Assembly: GCA_002633005.1 (NCBI GenBank) | Contig: NMRA01000125.1 | Coordinates: 839,566 to 903,565 of the forward strand | DNA: 64,000 nt | From: Phoronis australis | Lineage: Eukaryota > Animalia > Phoronida | Reading direction: 5' to 3' | Shown: positions 13,972 through 25,395 of the stretch, piece by piece | How the letters are laid out: the number at the start of each line of letters is the position of its first letter | Position numbering within the stretch: position 1 is the stretch's first letter | Program-made: the position numbers and the translations under genes | Notes under the pieces: generated by a model | Databases searched by the model: none | What the model saw: the letters and a program-made list of their open reading frames with translations, nothing else | What the model was told of the DNA's origin: nothing

Positions 13972-15615
13972 CTGCAAAACAAATTCAAGTCACAGTGTTT
14001 GTGTCCTAAAATTCAGCATGAAGCGAGTTCCTAACAGTGCTAAATGAATCTCGTGTGTCTCATAAAAGTACAGTACGAATGTTCCTATGATGAGGTCAGC
14101 AGCAGCTGCACTGACTCCCAAGGTTGCAAGAGGCTGCTAGACCAGGATAGAGTTTTGTTGACGCAAAACTCTCACTAAGGAAGCTAGTGTGATTGCATGC
14201 TTTAAGTGCAACACATGACGATATCTCACAGTCTTGCAAGTTCTTGCTTTTCTTGCACAGAAGTCTGGAAACAAGGTCTATGCAACACATGACTGACAAT
14301 GTGGTCTGGCAACTGGTCCGAATCAAAATGAAAGAAACAAAACCAGTGACGTCATTCGTTTTCTGACAGCATGAAAACAGTGTGCACTTTACACATAGTC
14401 TTAAATTACTGAGAAGAGGGTTTGTTTGTTTGTTTATTGCAGGAAGACAAAACAGTAGAGGCGGAACATCAAACAACCAATATTCACATCCAAGATGTGT
14501 GAAACCGCAATGTGTGGCAATTCTTCACGTATCAGCACACAATGATATGGCCGGCAAGTGAAATTCTATCTTGTCAAAACTTTTCACATACAAAATTCAA
14601 GACAATTTTAATCTATTTCTGACATGTTCGGTATTGCGTAGATGTCACAAAACAACATTTGGTAAAGCTGCCACTACTTATAGGAATGGAAATCAGCCTT
14701 TGAAGACAGTTTTGGAAAAGTGCCCAAATAGGTATTAGTGTAAGCTCTGTCTTCATATCATGTTTTTACGAATTACCAGTGGGACATAAACCAGTGCAGC
14801 TGCAGGCTGCCAATCTTCCTATTTTACAGTCCTCATGGATTTTCTCATGATCAGCCTCATTTTCTCCATTGTTCTTTCCTCATCCACTACTGTATGTTCA
14901 GTTCTTACTACATGTAACTCAAACCTCAGTGTTTTCATTTGAGTTACATTTTTTTTCTCATGAATGGCGTTCTTTTCTCCCGAACAATTATTATTTCATG
15001 GGACTTCTATGATTTTGTGTAGACGTGGACGCTGCTTTATTCGTGAACAAAACTGACATCAACTAAAATTTAGAAAGGTGTCACTTTAACAATACAGTGA
15101 ATCGTTATTAAAAGTGTTTAAAATGAGTAGGAGAATGGCAACGCCAGATTTCGCTCAATGGTATAATCACGAGTGTGGATTGAGTCCCACCTCAAAATGA
15201 ATCTATATTATTAATGGCATCAATATAAGCCATCTGAAAGTAGCAATGAAAGTAGCAATGAAAGTAGAAATGACATGAGGCGTAAAACATTATGTGGAAG
15301 AACAGCGTTTTGACTAAATATGGAAACTGTGGTATGTTGAAGCAGCAAATTTTAAACTTAAACTTTCCAACTTAGAGGTAGCGAATTTGCCTATTGAAGT
15401 ACTTTATGAACTCAAAAGTGTATAATGTTATAGTATGTAATTACGAATATCCAGTCCCTGCATTAAAATCAAAAACAAAAACAAAATGTTTTCACCAAGT
15501 CATGGACCAGAACAAGTTTTCAAAGATAGCAATGCATGGGGGTTTAATATTCATGATTTGCCACACTGGCAATTGGAACAAGGTTTATTAAGTCTTCAGT
15601 AACCCGCACATTTAC

Positions 15616-15868
15616 CTGTAGTCATTAGAGCAATCAAAAACACCAACATGAATTCCAAAGGGTGCAAGTTTTTGCACCAGCTCCTTCCATTTGGAGTCCG
15701 ACAGCACAGCACCACCTGGTGGATGTACAACATGAACTAGCCAAACGCTGTCCTTGTTGTCCTCGACCCGTTCATAGAAATGTGCTCCACATGTGAAGGT
15801 AGTTGGCTGTACCTGTGTAGCGTTTTCCACTTCACTGATTGAGTTAAGTTCACCTTCTGTTGTTTCAC
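15616..15868 (-). CDS. RNF103: RNF103 exon 2 of 3
   Basis: TTTCAG acceptor and GTAAAT donor, phase 1 in / phase 2 out. Encodes FTCGAHFYERVEDNKDSVWLVHV...VQKLAPFGIHVGVFDCSND (thioredoxin-like region). Confidence 0.93.
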
Positions 15869-16630
15869 CTGAAATAATCCAGAGGAACGCAAATGCATCA
15901 TAAGTCGATATTCTCTGTCTCCGTCACAACAATACTAGAACATCGTATGATTTCTGCCAACATACATCAATCCATTAAGAAAAAAAATCTGTGACCTAAG
16001 AATGCTTATTAATGGTTGAAATCAAAAGCTGATCAACAGTCACCCCCCAGGGCTACATGCCCCATTAGAAGGGAGTGTGACACTGTCACTATAATACAGC
16101 AGTAAAAGTCACTAACAAGGGTCCTACATTTTGACAACCAGTTTTCTTCACTGAATATCAGGCATCAAGCTGGTTCTCAAAATCCAGAAACCATGTTTTT
16201 GCCAACATATGTTAATGACAGACACTCACCGTCACCATTGGCATTTTTAAATGGTCATTTAAAAATGAACCAACCATAAAGTAGTATGCCAGAAGTTATC
16301 AGACAAAATATCATTACCCTTTCAAGATCGATATATTATTGGCTGGGAAACGGAAATAAATACTATTTTTTTAACAGTCAACTTTCATAAAAGCCTGCAT
16401 ATAACTCCTTTCTCAATTCACAAATATCCTGCAGCAAAAATAGTTGAGCAATTCTCTTGTTATTTTGTTTCGTTTAATTTTGTGCCATGACATTAGTGGC
16501 ATCATCTAACTTTGGGTATCAGCCATCTAGCATACTATAACGCACTTGATGTCAACTTCCTCCTTCTTCAGACTGAAAATGATCTGAGCTTGTGTAGAAT
16601 TAACAGCAAGTTCAAGGCTAAAGACCAGGT

Positions 16631-16775
16631 TACAAGTTGGTTTAACAAGGCTGGTACAAGTTGGTTTAACAAGGCTGGTACAAGTTGGTTTAACAAGGCT
16701 GGTACAAGTTGGTTTAACAAGGCTGGTACAAGTTGGTTTAACAAGGCTGGTACAAGTTGGTTTAACAAGGCTGGT
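16631..16775. repeat. Minisatellite, 6 x 24 bp (TACAAGTTGGTTTAACAAGGCTGG), in RNF103 intron 1
   Basis: Six perfect head-to-tail copies with no spacers. Confidence 0.95.
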
Positions 16776-17532
16776 CAGTAAGATTTAAGTGTAGCCTCAA
16801 GCAGTCATGAACCACCAATTTTTCCCAGGCTCTAACAGAGCAAACTGTCAAGGCCAGATATATAACATGACAAGAAGCCCAAGTCAACAATTATTATTTT
16901 TTTAGCAAAGCCGGGTTTATAGTGCATCCTTTAACTACTTTTGAAAACGGTACTGTCTACTGAAGTGGTACTTAACATCTCTAAAGTGCAGATTGTGAAC
17001 ACTGAATCATGACTGGCATGTTCTTATCAAAGGTTGTAAAATCAAAGGTCATGAGTTCAAAAGCTGATTTAATACACCCCAAGTGTGACTCAACATTCAC
17101 TAGCTAGGGATTAATGTACGAAGGTCCCACTTTTAACATCAGTGGGAGAAGAAAGCAGTATGGTGACATGTATGAGATAAGGATAATACGCACACATGCA
17201 TTAACAACTCGGTTTAACTACAGTGTAGGTGGGGGATCAAAGAATGATGGTCCCTCAGTCTAACATCAGAATAGACTTTGGCACTGTGGTGACATCTATG
17301 GGATTAAGGTAACATGATTAGATGCAGCATTCATAATGGGCAATTCCATTTGCACAAGACAGCATCTGTGACAAGGAATTCTGGGTTATTTTGTGTGATT
17401 ACTTTTGACATGTACTGTAACGAAATTTGTCAGTTGCACGTCACGACGAAAAATAATTGATCGTAATTCCACTGCAAAATTTCACATAAAGACGACAAAG
17501 TGCAGTATGAATCTAATCAAATAGACTGTTAC

Positions 17533-17758
17533 CAGAATCATCAACTAGAGTCGACAGCTCCGATTTCTCCACAACTCCAGCATAGCTCACTCCCCTTTGA
17601 TCCAGCAGTGACTTTAACTTCTTTACGCTCAAAGAGAACGGGTCAAGGAGTTGTTTCGACCAATAGCCATTCTCGTACCACGCCACAGTTTCCAAAAAGC
17701 GGGAGAGAAAGAACAAAACAACTCCGTATAAAATGAGTAAAACAAGCTTCAACCACAT
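17533..17758 (-). CDS. RNF103: RNF103 exon 1 of 3
   Basis: MWLKLVLLILYGVVLFFLSRFLE...DPFSLSVKKLKSLLDQRGVSYAGVVEKSEL matches the RNF103 N-terminus. GTAACA donor, phase 1. Confidence 0.93.
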
Positions 17759-19071
17759 CCTATGTTAGAATAAACTCAAGAGGCGACCTCCATCAAACGC
17801 ACAGGAATCCGCAGACTTTCTCGGCGACTTGAAAGTTCACTTCGGTTTCACAATAAGGCCACGTCAGCAGCTCACAAAATCAAGTTGCAAAGCTCAAGTG
17901 ACAATTACACAATCGAAGAAGATGCAGAGTCTGCAATGACAAAACTGCTTTCACTGCTTTAAGTAATCCAGTGATGGAATCAACCGAACATTATCCATTA
18001 AAGGAATCGTGAGAAAATTCTGCGAACAGACGTCAGACATTTAAAAATGGCGACGGTCATGTGACCATAACAAAGGGAGCATTCGTTTACCCAATTTGTT
18101 CATGCGAGGAGAACAGAATATGCAATACTATCTCAGATAATAATAATGAGAAAGTGGTGCCGAAATTTTGCGAAATAACGTCTGCAAAACAGAATTACCG
18201 ACATGTTACTTACTGGCCTTCTACAGGCCCATTGCAGCAGGCACTGTGGATTATATCACTGCAAGGGGCCAACAGAGGCGATGGTCATTGCCTAGCCTCG
18301 ACCACGCTGTTCGAGGATTCCAATAGTGTTTCAATGTTTTTTTTTGTTAGCTATGACAGTTTTCACTGAAACTGCTTTACTTTCATAGCATTCTTTTCTA
18401 ATGCTTTGGTAAGCGAAACACCTCGCCGACATATGGTGTTCTGATGTTTCATCTTCCACCCATAATTTCGGGCAACAAGAGACCTGACTCGACCTCAGTG
18501 TTGTCGCGGCTATTTATATTAGCGTATCCTCAGATTCAATTGAAGATTCAAGAAGCTTTATTTAACGTCGTTCGGAGAACAGATTAACATTAGCCAGTTG
18601 GGCTATTACTACGACAGCTATTTGTATTAGCGTATGCTCAGGCCACTGTTCTGGGGGTGTATCTGATTATGACACAACATTACAATTTCTTTCATTTCAC
18701 GCTGCAGGCCACGTACGTGCACATAACACTTTTCAATACAATTTCTACTAGGTAAGAAGTATCCACAAACTCGTAGCCGCCAGCATGCCCTGAACGTTAG
18801 GTGTACTAAGTAAAAACATGACCTTGAAAGATACGTTATTCAACTTATAAGACACGGACATGATCGAGGCATAGCAAACAGCGCGATGTATATCAATGCC
18901 CCGACACCCCCACGAGGCATAGTCGCTAATCACGCCATGTAAACACTAAAGCTGGTGATAACGAGACATGCAGGTCAAAGTGTCACAGTAATCATACGTT
19001 GAAATTCAGTTTTACCGGGTCGACTCGTAGGGTGCGTAACAGTTGAGACGTGACTTGACATTTCCGGCGGT
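17759..19071. promoter_or_regulatory. Divergent (head-to-head) promoter region between RNF103 and the DyP peroxidase gene
   Basis: Start codons lie 1.3 kb apart on opposite strands. YY1-like AAAATGGCG at ~18044-18052 and ETS-like TTCCGG at ~19062-19067. Confidence 0.5.
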
Positions 19072-19123
19072 ATGGCTTTTCGTTACACAGCTAGGCTCTT
19101 TCGAGGTGCGAGGAGATTGCACG
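19072..19123 (+). CDS. DyP-type (YfeX-like) peroxidase, exon 1 of 7, mitochondrial-type presequence
   Basis: ATG...CAC G|GTATGT encodes MAFRYTARLFRGARRLH(G), Arg-rich with no acidic residues. The phase-1 donor fits the phase-1 acceptor at 22769. Confidence 0.75.
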
Positions 19124-19859
19124 GTATGTCGATGTATTCTGAGCTAAAATATCTTTGAACAATGTCTCAACTTAATAACGGGTTTCTCCCGGCTAACGAC
19201 CGAGTGGGCTTACAGAATAGACGGACTGACCTATATCTTGTTATACAAAATTCACAACAACGCATTGCCATTGGGCAGAGTGAGGCTGGCCGCTGATTTT
19301 TTTCCGAAAATGAACCGATGATGGTGCATACATGCATATGCACCATCATCGCATCAATCAATGAAATGCTTAGTCACTGAGACACGCAGCACTGGTGTCC
19401 ATGATAAGTAGACCTATATACTGACGCATAAATTTGTCCCGACGTTTCGAGTGTCGAACTTCATGGAAACGTTCCAAGTTTGTTAGTTACTAGTAGGCGC
19501 ATGTGCAACTGATGAAGTTTTCTTCTGAGCCGAATGAGCGTGCCACACTCACCGGCGTTTACGGAGCAATAATAATCTAGGACCAACATCAGTACGTTAT
19601 CACTCCTTGGTTCTAACTTGTTGCCCTTTCACTAGAGAACAACTATCCGAGATTATATATGCTCACTCAAGCCTTAATTTCTTTGCCGTGCTTTTTACCA
19701 TTTACCGGCACCTCTGTTATTTGCCGTCTTGCTTTGAAAAATGGGTTGTCCACCGTATTTGTTCAGCTTACAACCTTTTCTTGAGTCAACATTATGCAGT
19801 ATTAGAGCTATGGGTTTTCTTGTTGGCCGGATACTGCCATAGTCATTTTAGTGTAACTG

Positions 19860-20107
19860 GTGCCCGTTCCAACAAAATTGACTTAGCTAAGACAAATCTT
19901 AAATTTTAGTAAATTTTTAGATAAAACTTAAATTTGTCTCGAGACTGTTTTTAGAAAGAGATCTTAAGTTTGAATTAAGTTTTTGATAAAACTGTCATCT
20001 TCATTTTAACTATTTGACCGGATGTGGAAGTTTCAAAGAATGGAAGAGAAGACAAATCTTAGACTTAAGTCAAAAATGAACTTAAGTCAGCTTCTTGGAA
20101 CGGGCCC
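19860..20107. mobile_element. PIF/Harbinger-like MITE in DyP intron 1
   Basis: Imperfect TIRs GTGCCCGTTCCAACAA / TTCTTGGAACGGGCCC, flanked by CTG on both sides (3-bp TSD); AT-rich interior. Confidence 0.65.
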
Positions 20108-20804
20108 CTGGTCCCCAGGTCCCAGCCACATTGGCAGTGTTGACGAGTGTAGACCAACTGCAGTCTCCCTCTTGTTCATAAACCCGTTTGGAAACAGCCT
20201 CTACATGTATATTATCTTGCTGCAGATGCTCTGCGGGTCTACAGATGTACATAACAGCCTATTATTTCCAATGACTGCCTGCAGTGAAATAACGATACGA
20301 ATGGACGCTATTGAGGGCGCATATCAACAAGTGAATACGACATTTGATGCCATGTTTTGTGACAATAGGTCTACCTTGAAAACGGAATGAAAAGACGATG
20401 GCACGGTAAAGACGATTCGTGAATTGTCATTCGGCGCCGCCGCAGAGCTTCCGAAATAGTATCAATAATCATTCTCTTCTTAAGAGATTGATGCTAATTT
20501 TGAGGTCATTGTTAGCAATCGCATAGGGCGTCGTATGCGATTGAAAATAGTGAATTCCTCAGTATTAAATTGTAACATTGCATATTGTGTGATTGTGAAT
20601 TCGAATATTCAGCAGACTGCCGATAAGGGTCTCATTTTATTATCTGAGCAGATATATTCATATTGTAGCTGTTTATCTGCACCAGGGCTACTACATGTCG
20701 GACTACCGAGACAGTGGGTGCCGGGACATGCTGCTATGATGGGTGTTTTTATTTTCTACTCCCACGTTCCATTTAGTTCCGATTTAATATCCCGTGAACA
20801 TTAG

Positions 20805-20961
20805 GACTACAAAAATGCACAAAACCGCATGTCCTCACTTGCATTCTCTTACAATTACCCCGGTTCAAAAGTTTTTTGAGGTACCTCTGTTAAGGCTAAT
20901 TTTTAACGATTATTGTAGGGAATGCAAGGACGCGTGGCTTTGGGTGTATTTCGTATAATCT
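20805..20961. repeat. Degenerate ~50-bp inverted repeat (decayed MITE)
   Basis: Left arm ...GTCCTCACTTGCATTCTCTTACAAT pairs imperfectly with right arm ATTGTAGGGAATGCAAGGAC... Confidence 0.45.
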
Positions 20962-21160
20962 GGATCAAAAATCTTGATTCATTTTGGTGTATAGAATACA
21001 AAAAAATTCGGTTAAATTTCAATTTAGCATGGAAATTTCAGACTCCGTGTTGATCCTGTTCCGACTTTATTTGACATGTGATAAATTTTCGGTTCCGCTG
21101 CCGCGGTATATTTTCAATCCTGTTAAATTTTAGTCACGACGTGACTAGTTATGGGTCCTG

Positions 21161-21518
21161 TGCCTGGTTGCATGAAACAGTCCCAAATTGTGACTCGGCT
21201 AAGTTCCCTACTCTTGTGCGTGTTTTTGTCGTTCTTTATTCACAGACGGGTCCTTTCACTATGACTTTATCGCTGTTACATGTATAAGCTTCTCTTTGAC
21301 AAGTTACATTTTCTAATTATATAACTAAAATCTGAGCCCTCGGTTTCATGAAAATAAATAGGGACTTGGTCTTCAGATTTGCATCAAAGCCAAAATTGAC
21401 TTAATAATGAAATTAAGGCAGCATAAGTAAGGACAATGAGTGTTTTCACTAGTCTACAAATACACTGTAGATTTACGGAAATTAGTCCTTGTTTGGGACT
21501 GTTTTATGCAACCAGGCA
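21161..21518. mobile_element. MITE with 27-bp TIRs in DyP intron 1
   Basis: TGCCTGGTTGCATGAAACAGTCCCAAA at the left; the reverse complement of the right end is TGCCTGGTTGCATAAAACAGTCCCAAA (26/27 match). No ORF inside. Confidence 0.75.
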
Positions 21519-22121
21519 TTGGCGTGACCAATTCTGGTTTTGAGCTTTTTTTGATTTCAGAGATTTTAATTCTTGAATAGAAAATGTCCTGGGATTTTTC
21601 CGCTTCGGCTTTCCATAGTCTCAGACCTATTATGTGCAGTGGTGGCCAAGGTGTCCTCTAGCCTATCAACTCTTTATACACAACTGATCAGACCTGGCAA
21701 TACCAACGAATGTCGGTAGCCTGGGACTTGGATAAAATTTACTATCGATATGCAAACCGCATGTACATGTAAACATGCAAGTAGCCCGCTGCGTACAGTG
21801 AATGGAAACTAGTTTCACTTCGCTGCTCTGCAGACATGATCGAATAATTATGCAGTATTTTAGTTACCTTTCACACCGATTGCCGGTTGTAAAAATAGTA
21901 CAGGCATCTGCGTTCCCAAGTGACACTACTCATGCCGTACACTACATTTAGCCTGCTGGTCGCTGATGACAGTCGGATCCCGCCATCTGGTGGCTGGCAT
22001 GCCGAGCCTGGGTTCTCTTTACTTACCCAACCCAACGTGTGCTTCTGGAGTTGGTGGAGTAACAATACGATTATAATTTCTAATTTCTTCAAAAACAAGT
22101 TTATGCAGCAATTTCCTAACC

Positions 22122-22242
22122 GATGAACTCTCACGATTTATATTTTCATAGGATTGCCTTTGTAAGATCGTTAAATTTCCCAGCGGATGAACTCTCACGA
22201 TTCATTTCATACGTTTTCCTGTGTAAGATCGCTAAATTTCCC
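22122..22242. repeat. Degenerate ~65-bp tandem duplication
   Basis: GATGAACTCTCACGATTT...GTAAGATCG.TAAATTTCCC occurs twice. Confidence 0.7.
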
Positions 22243-22768
22243 GCAAAAAATCTGAAAATACACGTCGGTATACCTGGAAGGAAATCTGATGATCTCTTCA
22301 GTGGTCTAAGAAATGGTAAATGTTCTTTGAAGGCAAAGTCCGGGAATTTTTAATATTGTGGGATGTGCCAGGATTTACAGTGACGTACCGGATGTCTGAA
22401 TTTATTTTTTGGAAACCAATTAGTCGAAATTCGAACATTCCTGAAACCGAAAGGGGAGGTCACAATCGATCTCGATTGTTGTATATGCTTTCATTACCCA
22501 TAATGCCTTGTTTCAGCCGGCATTATTAGTGTCAAATCTAACGCAGTCTCTCATTGGCTCATTCGGCATGTCACACAAACTCAAAAACAAGTAATGGACA
22601 TCTAACTCGACAACCCCACCTTCGTTTTTGAAGCGGGAATGTTCCGTACAAAAAGCGATCTTTTGATTTAGACTATTTACTGCTGTGAAATTGGTCTCAA
22701 ATTGTATCTTATACGTTGTCTTTATCGGTGTCTAAGCTCGGTATTTGTGATATTAACTTGTTTTCAAG

Positions 22769-22941
22769 GTGCGGGACGAAGTATAAGCACGAAAACACCC
22801 GAAGCGCGCTTCGCCGCCTTTCGCCCTCTTCTCGTCGGAGGAATAGCTGCAGGTTACCTTGGTTACAAACTCTTCACTGAAGAGGTGCCTCCCATCGTCA
22901 GCCAGGTTCATGCCGCAGAAGCTGCTTCGCCTCAGCCTTCA
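22769..22941 (+). CDS. DyP-type peroxidase, exon 2 of 7 (rest of presequence and hydrophobic segment)
   Basis: TTTTCAAG acceptor and GTAAGT donor, phase 1 in / 0 out. Encodes AGRSISTKTPEARFAAFRPLLVGGIAAGYLGYKLFTEEVPPIVSQVHAAEAASPQPS. Confidence 0.85.
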
Positions 22942-22974
22942 GTAAGTTGCTTGCCATCATGATAACACTTGAGT

Positions 22975-23066
22975 CAGTGCTTGATTTGGCGACCTGCAGG
23001 TCGCCAATATGACTTCAGATTGTGTTTGGCGACCTGGAAAAAATTTCAAGTCGCCACGAACCACTG
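22975..23066. mobile_element. Small CAGTG...CACTG element containing a perfect 22-bp palindrome
   Basis: Termini CAGTG/CACTG; TTGGCGACCTGCAGGTCGCCAA at 22986-23007; a second TTTGGCGAC...GTCGCCA hairpin follows. Confidence 0.5.
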
Positions 23067-24019
23067 CAAGTATCATTGTCAGACAATTATTCCCTCTAAA
23101 TTCGTTTCAAAGTTGTAATTCACTTTCAAAGTTTAATTTACTACCAGTTTTCTTAGATTCATTACTTTTGATTCACAATTGTTCCGTTTATTTCGTGAAA
23201 TCAGCGCATTTGTCACCACGTTTAAATTACAAAGGGAGTAGTAAACAGACGGAAGTCGGAATTGTTCGGCAAATGTCGGACAAGATCGACGATATTCGCC
23301 AACAACCCCTGCAGTCTTCTGCGTGCTATGTTGACTACCCGTCGATGGGAGGAATTGAGTTAGAGAATTAAGGTGATTTAGGCATATACGGGGGAAATTG
23401 GAAAAGCGCAAGAGAATGGGCGGCGGACAACCGTAGGCCGCGTTTTTGGTCGACGACCTGTTACGCTGGATAGGAATCCTCGCCTGAGGTCTTCACTTTT
23501 GATGACCTCAGCAAAATGCAACTTGGCTTTAGCTAAGCGTCGAGCGCCGTAAGTGTAGGTTTCTCCCTAAGAAATTCGATGAACTCGGTGTGTAAAATGT
23601 TAGTGTTACCAATCTACTCGTTTTAAGTGCACTTAGTTTGGATCTTGGTGAGGAGAGACATGTTTGCACACTACGGGCTTGCTGTAACGCGGTTCGGCTA
23701 GCCTACATTACATACGTTGTGCCATTTTCGCGTGATCACTTCGTGTAACCCTCTTGTGAATTCACGGGACGCCAGATTCCATGTGGGACAGGTCCCAACT
23801 AGACAAGAGATTCCTATCCGTGTATGCCCTAACTGACTAATAATCAAATGGCGCTATGCCGAAATTTCTGCAATGAAGATGTGCTTCTTTGTTTTATCGA
23901 TTCCAAAAAAACACTTTAAAAGCTATTGGTAACATGATTTTCAGTTTGCTGGTGAGTACAAACACTGTTTCTATCACAATCATTCCAATGAGCTCATTTA
24001 TCACTCAAACAACTCACAG

Positions 24020-24214
24020 GTGATCTCTGGCACAAAGGATCACGCCTTGTACCTAACCATCTACCTTAAGCCAACCGCGGACGTGAAAGCTTGTGTGAAA
24101 GTCCTGGCAAACCTGCAGAAGTCGGTGAGCTCTCTCTTCGACCCGAGCACCCCTCCCGATGATGACGACGAAGTTTTGGCCGGTGTCGGGTTTGGTCCCA
24201 ACACCTGGTCACAG
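24020..24214 (+). CDS. DyP-type peroxidase, exon 3 of 7 (copy 1)
   Basis: CTCACAG acceptor and GTAGGT donor, 195 nt, phase 0/0. Encodes VISGTKDHALYLTIYL...VLAGVGFGPNTWSQ (DyP N-terminal domain). Confidence 0.88.
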
Positions 24215-25200
24215 GTAGGTCTTGGAACAACCAATTTATTTAAACTTTTACACAAACCCGCCTCAGTCGTCAAAGGTAACTTTTGATTNCGTTTCAAAGT
24301 TGGTATTCACTTTCAAAGTTTGAGTTACTACCAGTTTTCTTAGATTCATTACCTTTGATTCACAATTGTTCCGTTTATTTCGTGAAATCAGCGCATTTGT
24401 CACCACGTTTAAATTACAATAGGGAATAGTAAACAGACGGAAGTCGGAATTGTTCGGCAAATGTCAGACAAAATCGACGAAATTCGCCAACGACCCCTGC
24501 AGTCTTCTGTGTTGACTACCCGTCGATGGGAGGAATTGAGTTAGAGAATTAAGGTGATTTAGGCATATACGGGGGAAATTGGAGAAGCGCAAGAGATTGG
24601 GCGGCGGACAGCCGTGGGCCGTTTTTTTGGTCGACGACCTGTTACGCTGGATAGGAATCCTGCCTGAGGTCTTCACTTTTGATGAGCTCAGCAAAATGCA
24701 ACTTGGCTTTAGCTAAGCGTCGAGCGCCGTAAGTGTAGGTTTCTCCCAAAGAAATTCGACGAACTCAGTGTGTAAAATGTTTAGTGTTACCAATCTACTC
24801 GCTTTAAGTGCACTTAGCTTGGATCTTGGTGAGGAGAGACATGTTTGCACACTACGGGCTTGCTGTAACGCGGTTCGGCTAGCCTAAATTACATACGTTG
24901 TACCATTTTCGCGTGATCACTTCGTGTAACCCTCTTGTGAATTCACGGGACGCCAGATTCCATGTGGGACAGGTCCCAACTAGACAAGAGATTCCTATCC
25001 GTGTATGCCCTAACTGACTAATAATCAAATGGCGCTATGCCGAAATTTCTGCAATGAAGATGTGCTTCTTTGTTTTATCGATTCCAAAAAAACACTTTAA
25101 AAGCTATTGGTAACATGATTTTCAGTTTGCTGGTGAGTACAAACACTGTTTCTATCACAATCATTCCAATGAGCTCATTTATCACTCAAACAACTCACAG

Positions 25201-25395
25201 GTGATCTCTGGCACAAAGGATCACGCCTTGTACCTAACCATCTACCTTAAGCCAACCGCGGACGTGAAAGCTTGTGTGAAAGTCCTGGCAAACCTGCAGA
25301 AGTCGGTGAGCTCTCTCTTCGACCCGAGCACCCCTCCCGATGATGACGACGAAGTTTTGGCCGGTGTCGGGTTTGGTCCCAACACCTGGTCACAG
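25201..25395 (+). CDS. DyP-type peroxidase, exon 3 (copy 2, likely assembly duplicate)
   Basis: Identical to 24020-24214, including splice sites. Confidence 0.8.

Noticed and set aside
15145-15195. tRNA-like A/B-box sequence (similar hints near 17040, 53140 and 56385)
   Set aside because: No cloverleaf can be built; at most these are decayed SINE heads.
16631-16775. CRISPR-like array or repeat protein (TSWFNKAG)n
   Set aside because: There are no spacers; it is a perfect head-to-tail intronic minisatellite, and the ORFs are a by-product.
22639-22768. DyP start at ATG 22639 or the ORF-track start at 22702
   Set aside because: ATG 22639 hits TAG after 10 codons. 22702 is a TTG in T-rich sequence that looks like an intron 3' end leading to the acceptor at 22768.
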